This document shows, in pieces, positions 54,101 through 63,100 of a stretch of DNA of 64,000 nucleotides. The notes under the pieces are model-generated. The model worked only from the letters and a program-made list of their open reading frames with translations, was not told the DNA's origin and made no database searches. Numbering within the stretch: the stretch's first letter is position 1; each line of letters begins with the position of its first letter. Origin of the DNA: Iphione sp. A-MEVVRFRX5. Lineage: Eukaryota. The translations under genes were made by a program, and so were the position numbers. Location: positions 78,120,001 through 78,184,000 of the forward strand of contig OZ320317.1 of assembly GCA_976226885.1 (NCBI GenBank), in the 5' to 3' direction.

Positions 54101-57100
54101 GTCGTTGAATAATATTATCGTGTTTTCTCCAACGCACACTGCCATAGCTGCTGACAAATAGACAACACATTCTCGGCATTTCGATCTAAATATTTGTCTT
54201 TTGAAGTCGATGTTGATACTTGAATATGATGCACCTTCCCTAAACTGAAATGACCCCACGACTATGCATACAAATGTAGCACAGTGCTGGTTATTATATC
54301 TACTTAGCCAACAAGTGTTATTTCTTCAAGATGTCCCCTTCTATGAAATATTCTCCCTGTAAATTGGTGGTCCGCAAGTGCCATTGGTCTACGTTTTTGT
54401 CAGTTGTTGAACAAGTAGACCGGAACGCGTCGCTTCTTTCAGCACCAAGATTGGTCAGACATATAATTCCAGCTACTTCGTATGATATATCATACACTCC
54501 CTCATTAACTGTCAAAATGTATTTCAACTGTCACTCAGCGTATGCCAATTTTCTTACCATTCCGTACATAACCGACCATTCCCAGTACAAGTCTCTTAGA
54601 AATAAGGCCATGGCAGTGTTGCTACGGATGCCACTGTGTCTGTTCTGTACTGTTTCTTACCTGTTGGCTATCTGTCGTTTACTTTTGCATTGACGTTGTT
54701 ATGCTGTCTGGTGAGTCAGTCTACACAAGTAAGTCAAGCGATGCCTTGTCCCGCTTCTTGATTCATGCATGGTTTGAAGTCACAATTGCCAGTCCACTCC
54801 ATCAACATGGGCCGGTCAATAGGTGGGCCGTGGGTCAATGTGCTTATCTGTGAAATCCAATAGACCGCAACCTTAAAACAAGTTCGCCAGGCGACCGAAT
54901 TTACTGAGTAACCCACCAGCCGTGATTACAATCAATATTACTCTCCTACTCATTACCACTGTAGATTCGAAAGATTTTAGGTTAATCACCCTGCCTGCAC
55001 AGCCCACCGGGCCCTTCTATATACAAAAGTCATCTAGTATTCAAATATACTGTATAATTGTAAATATGGGCATGTTCCCTGGCTACTGACATAGGCAGAC
55101 CCCAGCCCAAGACTCCCCAAGCGGCGTGCACCTCCACCACCACCTCCTACTACCTCCAGCACCTCCATCGGCAAGGGATCCGTAAGTCAGAGTGTTCACG
55201 GCCACGTTTAAAGAACATCTAAACTCAGGATATGCCTGAAGATTGTTCGTGAAACAGATAAGCGGCTAATGTTTGGGTTTACGTTTGAGTTAAAGGAATG
55301 AGTGTGCTGAGAAGAAAAACATTTTAATTTGATTTCAGAATTTATGCCAGACTTGACGGTGTTTTGACGAGTGGCTTAACTAACGTTGAATACACGTTTG
55401 AGTCTAGTTTAACACAAACATGCACATTAATTGTACGTTTTAAGGGAGTTTTTCCCTACATTTATTGTTATTTGGGTAGAATTAATACGTCCTATCTCCT
55501 TGAATATGGGAGGTCAGGAGCTTGAGGCATACGCGTGGTTTTCCATCTGCCCATGTTGATGAGTTTGCTGGTTTTTGTGCCTGCACTGCTGCATATTGCA
55601 AAACATCCTTCTCCTGTATGCACGTGATGATTTACCACATATCATATCCAATTACAAACACTGCTCCATGTCATGTACATTTATATATTCATACAAATGG
55701 GTTACACATGCGCAAAATATAGTCCAAACATATGACACGAATTGTTTTGTATCATTATATTTATTTCTCGAACTAGGGTACTATCTGGTTTTATATTGAA
55801 ATCTCGTTTTGAAAGCAAGTAACATAATTTATCATCCATTTATCATGTTTCTGTATTAATGGCAAGGTCTAACAAAATCTAAATGCCTTTGCGTACAGAT
55901 TTTATTGTTTCTGTTTTCGGTATTTGTCTCATAATTCAAGCTTTCGTAACATTGATTTTCCTTAAACCTTTATGCAGGAGACATACAAGGTTTGCCTCTT
56001 TTAATGCAAATATAGGATAATTATCATGTCTTGCGCTTAAAACGTCCTTTATGTAAGGGAGGATCAGGGAGCTTACACGCCTACATATTTATACAATTAG
56101 GTCTAAATGATAAGCATCACAGCTTGTGGCCAGGGCTTTAATACCAAAGTGGCAATTGCAATAACTACGGTAAATGATTCAGTCATCTCTACATCTTAAG
56201 TCTTAAAGAAGTGGTTGATAATTCTAATGTAAGTGTAGTGTTTACCAGAGAGACGACGCTGTCTTCCTTTGGTTACCAATGACTAAGTGAATTGATTATC
56301 TAAGGCTTGGATTCTACAATTTAACACTTCAGTTGTAAGACATTAAGAGAGTGCCTCGTTCAAACATACATACATATTTACCCTATAATGTCTCTTTAGC
56401 CGTTCTGGGTAAGGGCTCTCCCGAGAGGGCAGCACAAAAGTGTATCATGAGAAAATATCTATAAAGTGTAACACCCATATTGTTTCCCTGCATACTGAAA
56501 TATGTTACACAAAGACAGGTAACAGACGAAACGAGAAAGATGTGAGAGAGTAGACAGGAAAAGATGAAGAAATTGATAGCTCAGAGACAACGGAATAAAC
56601 AGTATAATATATGTGATGAATTTGTAGGATGAAGATAATTATTTTCAAAACAGCAGAAAAGGGAATTGAGTATTCAAAACTTCTAACAGATGTATTCCAT
56701 TTTCCCTCAATCCTCAAATATGCATTGGATAGAGATCACCACCATGAATTTACTAAAATATACCCGTTGATTGAACGTGTGAAAAGAATGACTTGACCTT
56801 TGATTTTAGATTTTGAATTTTGTGTGCGAGTAAACCAGTGCTCATCTTACCCACAACAAAAAGGAGGTACCGTGGTTGGTAAGAGTCGGTAGGGGCCCAG
56901 GGGGAGAGCAGGGAGAGTGTTGGCATGGAAGTCCTTGCTCACCCTGTGACGGCGGATCGTGCCACAATTGCTCCCACTCGTTCCTCCTCCCCCCCCCCCC
57001 TCTTCCCTCCCCTATTACCACGATAAGCCGGCTAATTGACCGCCAGCCTCACTTGATTGCCCCTACAGATCACCAGCCACAGATCCACGTGGGTCGTCAA

Positions 57101-60100
57101 CGAAGATCAGACCATTTCCTACACGGTATTGCCACTGGGGCGGGGTCCGATGGCTCTTAATCGCAGTCATTAATCGCCATTGCGGCCTCTGCTCCGGCGA
57201 TGTTTTTATTCATTTTTTTCCACCTGGCTTCGGGGGGATGACTAACCCCCCACTGACGTCCTTCTCCCGTCTACCGTCTTCTACTAGTGTGTTGTTATTA
57301 ACACCTAGTTGTTTGTATTGTGATTTAATTTTTTAAACACTTTTCGTTAAGATGTCTTGTACGTTCTTTAATTCTTTAACTTTTAGCCGTAGAATCTCAC
57401 GGTTTGTTTTCTTTCCAGTACTAATGTTTGACAACCTGTCAAGCGCTTCATTTTTCAGCTCCAACTCTCGTATCATAATAATCAGTCCCCTCTTTCCTCA
57501 GAGAAATTGTATCTCAATGCGGATAGTCAATCGAATAACCTCAACTTTGAATTTTTCTCCCTGAAAATAAATCTGCAAGGTACAGGAATTGGTGATCTGT
57601 TAATTAGACATGAATTCTACCTCCCTGAATATAAATATGTCATGCGTACAGAAACGAGCGGTATGTGGATGTATGTGTATGAGATCAAAGCTCGAATTCT
57701 GCCTTGCACATTGTAAGTAAGGCCTGATGATGGCACTTGAAGTTATCTAAGATTCTCAATCACTTTAAGTTCAAGCCGTATAATTTTGCCTCGCCTCCCT
57801 CAGTATCTCAGAAACGTAATACACTTTGCTTCAAACGACTAACAGGTGGTGGCCTAAGTTCTGAGAGATTCCTTATAATAAGAATGATGGTGATGGTAAT
57901 TCGTTAAAACGGAACATCTTTAACTAAAGCTCTCCTACTTTTATCATTTTGTTCTCAAAACGATCATATAAATTTTAATCATGATCGTGCGACGAAACAA
58001 CCATAATTTTGTAAATGTACACATCTGCGATCTAAATAGTGAAGTCAACTTTTACGGGACCTTTTTTCCGTCTTCTATTTTCCTATTGTGTGAACCTCGT
58101 GTTCCCACTCTACATGGCAAGAACCTTGATTCCACCAGTACTTGGAAAGATTCAAATTAGAATTACTAACTTGGCTTTGTCACTGCTAGGTCGCCTCCAT
58201 CAATGACAAGACTGATTACAAGATGGTTCTGGACGCTATGAAGGCCATCGGATTCAGCTTCTCGTACGTCGAAACCATCTGGAAGACGATTGCCGCCATT
58301 CTCCACTTGGTATGATCTTAATTGTCGTCTGCCTCAAAGATACTGGAAAGGTTGCCGGGGATGTTGGTGACTGGATACCTTTCCGACCCCCCTCCTTGTT
58401 ACACTTGTTCACGGGGACTGAGTCCTACCTTAATGTTTACAATACAAGTATTTCCTGTCACCAACGCTAACCCTAGAGTTCTTAAAAACGTTTTTTCAAA
58501 GTCCATTCAATTAATTCCCTAACTCTAATTATCTATATCCACCCCTTAATCATGCAGATATTCGTCAAAGTGAAATGGCAGATACAATTCCTACATATCG
58601 ACAGAATATAAATCACCTTCGCGTATTTTGTATAGATATTTCACAAAAGTGAAACATGGCTCCTACCGTCCTTTCTTGAAACAGGGCAACATGAAATTCG
58701 AAGAGAAGGGGGTGGAACAGGTAGGCATTTCAGACCGCGGCGTTACCAACGCCATCGCCGGCCTCCTGCAGGTCGACCCCGACGAGGTCGACAAGACCCT
58801 CTGTACGCGCGTGGTGGCCGCCAGGGGCGACGTAGTCGTCAAGGGCCACAACACCTCGGAAGCCATCTTTGGCCGGGACGCCTTTGCTAAGGTAAGCCTA
58901 CCACTACCTTAGCCGCAGGAGGAGCTAACACCCTGACGTTTGCAGTGAAACGTACCCTTTTAGTCCAAACTCGTGTGGTATCTCCTCAGAGATAGTTCAC
59001 TACGTAATTTCGCATTTTATCTTTTTTATGCAAGTTACAATTTATCATTACTTCGTGACATGATATAATGAAACTGCCGAAGCCACCCAGGGACCCACCA
59101 CACATTGTCTTCTGACAATGTCTTCTTCGTGGTAGGCAATCTACGACCGTCTGTTCACGTGGATCGTCACTAAGATCAACAAGGCAATCGAGGTGAAGAG
59201 GGATGCCACAATGCAACAGCAAAACACCGTCATTGGCGTCCTGGATATCTACGGGTTCGAGATCTTTGACAATAACAGGTGAGTATTTCGGCGGTTTTAT
59301 GCCACATTTTGATATACAAGTGGGTGATAAGTCATGTTTTTATGCTAGTTTTCTGTTGAATATTTCATCTCCACCTTCATCCTTTCTGCATTAAAGTCTT
59401 ATTTCAAATCATGCAAATATAAATCATATCCTAGAGGGTCCTGCACGAGGACACCCAATGGGCAATATTTTCATATTTCAATATATTGATTCCTCCCAAT
59501 TTCGCCATGTATTCCGTTGATGACTATCTTTTTTATTGCAGCTTGGTCTGTTTAATATCTGCGTTTCTGCCAAATGGTTGGCAAGGCTTTTCACAATTGA
59601 ACATGATCTTGTCATTTTCTCGCAGCTTTGAGCAATTCTGCATCAACTACTGCAATGAGAAGCTGCAACAGCTCTTCATTGAGCTAGTATTAAAACAGGA
59701 ACAGGAAGAGTACACGAGGGAGGGCATCCGCTGGCAACATGTGAGTATTAAGATCTGCAAAGGTGTTTGGATTTAGGTGTGTGAATATTGCGGAACACGA
59801 GACTTGCAGTCTATGTATTATGCGACTTTGTATCCATGTCTATGCACAATGCAGAATGTAATACATTTTCTATTCGTGTTTGTGCGATAAGTGTATAAAG
59901 TCGAGAATCATTTTACATGTACAAATATTTGAGCATGTGTCTGTCAGTATCACAGACTGGGTATGCTGATATAATTAGGGCATACAATGCTATGGATTTA
60001 TACTGGACATTTATTTTTATTGAGTACGACATACAACAGTATTCTATAAATTTGTGCGTGTAGCTATCGTTCTCGAAAATATTGAATCGCGTGAATACAC

Positions 60101-63100
60101 ACTGAATAGCGAGACAGTAGCTGTACGGGTTTAGATCGTGCTGCTGATTGTGGGAGTACAACCGGCATACGTGCGGATAGCACAGCTTAATTTGGTTTAG
60201 TTGTGATGATCTGTTTGAATTCTTATTTGCATAAACATTTTGCATCTCTCTTCAAAATATCCGTCAATATCTGACAACAATCTGCTGTGTTTAGTTCCCC
60301 GGCACTGGGTATAAGTTATCCTGCCCTCTATGGTTAAATTCGGTGGTAGTATCAGTCGGAACCTGCGTGTACTGCACCATTATAGGTCACTGAAAAGAGC
60401 CGGTATTGTAACCATTTCTGAGTTGTTTAGTTCACTACGTAGGACCAACCTGTTTGAAGTGGTACAAAACTATTAAACCAATTCTGAGGTCCACATGGAA
60501 GCCTTACCAAATTTGGTATTGATGGGGTTTCATTCAAATGATCGGTTTATTATTTGTAACATTGACACTCATTTGGATTCTCATGTTTGTAGCACTCATT
60601 TGTGTATAATTGCACAGGTTTGTGATGGAGAACTCTGTACCCCAATGCAGATCGGAAATAAAATATTTGAATTTGAATTCATGCATTGCTACCACGTTCA
60701 GTTACAATCTAGCACTAAACAAGGGATGGCATTAAAGAATGATTATGTGCTTCCTTCCCTGTTAACAGGTGGACTACTTCAACAACAAGATTATTGTTGA
60801 TCTTGTCGAGCAGTCTCATAAGGGAATCATGGCCATATTGGACGAAGCTTGCCTTAATGTTGGCAAGGTTACTGATAAGGTCAGTAAAAGCGGCAGACCT
60901 TTCTTATATACTGCGTTTTCCGATATTTGCCAGAGATCAAGTTTCCAGGGTCTATTTGTTTCAATCGGATACAAATATTTTATTTAGTGGTCTCAGAATA
61001 ACGAAGGTATAGTTTTTCCCGTAAATTAACATGTTTGATATGATAGTGGTTCGGTTGCTGATTTTCTTATGTTAACTGAATTGACTGAGGTCTGTTTTTC
61101 TAGATGTTCTTGGAGGCAATGGCCACAAAGCTGACAGAACACAAACACTTCACATGTAGAAAGGTATCTTATCCACTCACAGTTACTCCCTAATTATCAT
61201 ACCTCCACTGTAACCCTTTAACTCCATATAAATTTAATGCATAAGCATATGCATCTCTCTTCAGGCATATGTGAACATTACCCTGAAATCATAGTCACCA
61301 CTCAACAATTTTTGTATCTTAAATGTACACCCAGTCATATTATTTTTAATAATTAATTTCATAATGACGCCAGTGCCTGAGTTGTGCACCATACTGCTAC
61401 CATGATGTTGACGTCTACTTTTTGCCCCCCCCCCCCACTTCCCGTCCTCCTGTAGCTGGACCCGTCCAACAAGCAGCTGGAGTTTAACCGTGACTTCCTC
61501 ATCAGCCACTACGCGGGAGACGTGAAGTACACCGTGATCGGCTTTATCGACAAGAACAAGGACACGCTCTATCAGGACTTCAAACGGCTGCTCTACAACA
61601 GGTTAGTACAGAGCACTCCTCAAGGGCATGATCAGTGCAGGGTGGCTGTGAGCTGCTGCGATGCTGAGAAAGAGGATAATGAATCCTCGGGCAAGATGCA
61701 AATAGACAAAAGAGACACAGCTCGACATCTTGTCCCAGGTTTACTGGGAAGTAGCTGAAATAAGGCAACACAAATGCATTGAGTGTTACTACATTAATAA
61801 ATATTTCCGCGTTCTAGTTTTTTTTTCTAATTTTGTTCTGCCTGCTTCTATATGCATGCATATATATGTGTGTATGTGTTGTCAGATGAACTGAACTCTG
61901 AACTGTCCACTCTGTGTCTCGCCCTACAGTAAGAACGACATGATTAAGTCGATGTGGCCGGACGGCGCTAAGCGCGTCACCTCCATCACCAGGAGGCCCG
62001 TCACGGCCGGCACCAACTTCAAGAACTCCATCATCGAGCTGGTCGACAACCTGATGGCCAAGGTGTGTAGACTGGCTCACTACCGTTAGACGGCCGAGAT
62101 ACATATATGCACCATTAAAAGTATGCTTGCGTAACATTAGGGTCCATGCTTATGTGTCAGGTATCACCAGGCTCCAAAATACTTTTTGAGTATGAAGCTT
62201 TAATAAAAAGTAGAAATTGAAGTCTGACAAGATGAAGATATCCCGTGTAAATACATAATAAACAAAATACACTGGCATGAGCATTCGTGAAGAGGTTTAC
62301 CTCATACTAGCAAAAACACACCTCGTTATCCCGCCTAATAGATGTGTAATTATGCGCATCCCAAAAGGTTGTCCGACATATACATGTACTTAAATATTCA
62401 CGTAAATTGTGAGGTAGAGCAAACAATCGTATTTATATCTTGCATCCCTTTATTATTTCCATCTTTCTGGTCCTCGTAGGAGCCGTACTACGTCCGATGT
62501 ATCAAACCCAACGAGGAGAAGTCACCAGTGTCGTTCAACGAGACCCGGGTGAAGCATCAGGTGATGTACCTGGGTCTGCTGGAGAACATCCGGGTACGGC
62601 GAGCAGGATTCGCCTACCGCATGGAGTACACACGCTTCCTCCGACGGTACGTCCAATGCACACACATACACACATACGAAGACACAAATCTTACACATGC
62701 GTACATCAAACACACATGCATACACATATAGAAAGACACAAACATTACAATGCTTCCTCCAATGGTACGTCCAACACACATGCATACACATATACAAAGA
62801 CATAAACATTACACCTGCTTCCTCCAATGGTATGTCAAACACACATATTATAGGACACAAATGTTACACATGCTTCCACGAATATTACATCCAACACACA
62901 TACATACACATACAAATGAAAACATAAACATTACACATGCTTCCTCTGACGGGATGTCCAACACACAAACTTACATATACGAAGACATAAACATTACACA
63001 TGCTTCCTTTGACAATATGTCCAACACATATGCATACACATATACAAGGATACAGATGTTACACATGCTTCCTTCAACACAAACGTCATCACATTGATGC

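Noticed and set aside
53984-54259. CRECVVYL...CVGENT as a GIY-YIG relic
   Set aside because: The motif spacing is off and there are no supporting RT motifs nearby.
54720-54728. 9-nt AG..GTAAGT microexon candidate (STQ)
   Set aside because: No polypyrimidine tract and a competing AG 4 nt upstream; consistent with chance.
57652-57660. 9-nt microexon candidate (KRA, GTATGT donor)
   Set aside because: Purine-rich acceptor context; such pairs are expected by chance.
62440-63097. His/Thr-rich ORFs
   Set aside because: Alternative frames of the real exon plus the CA-rich minisatellite.
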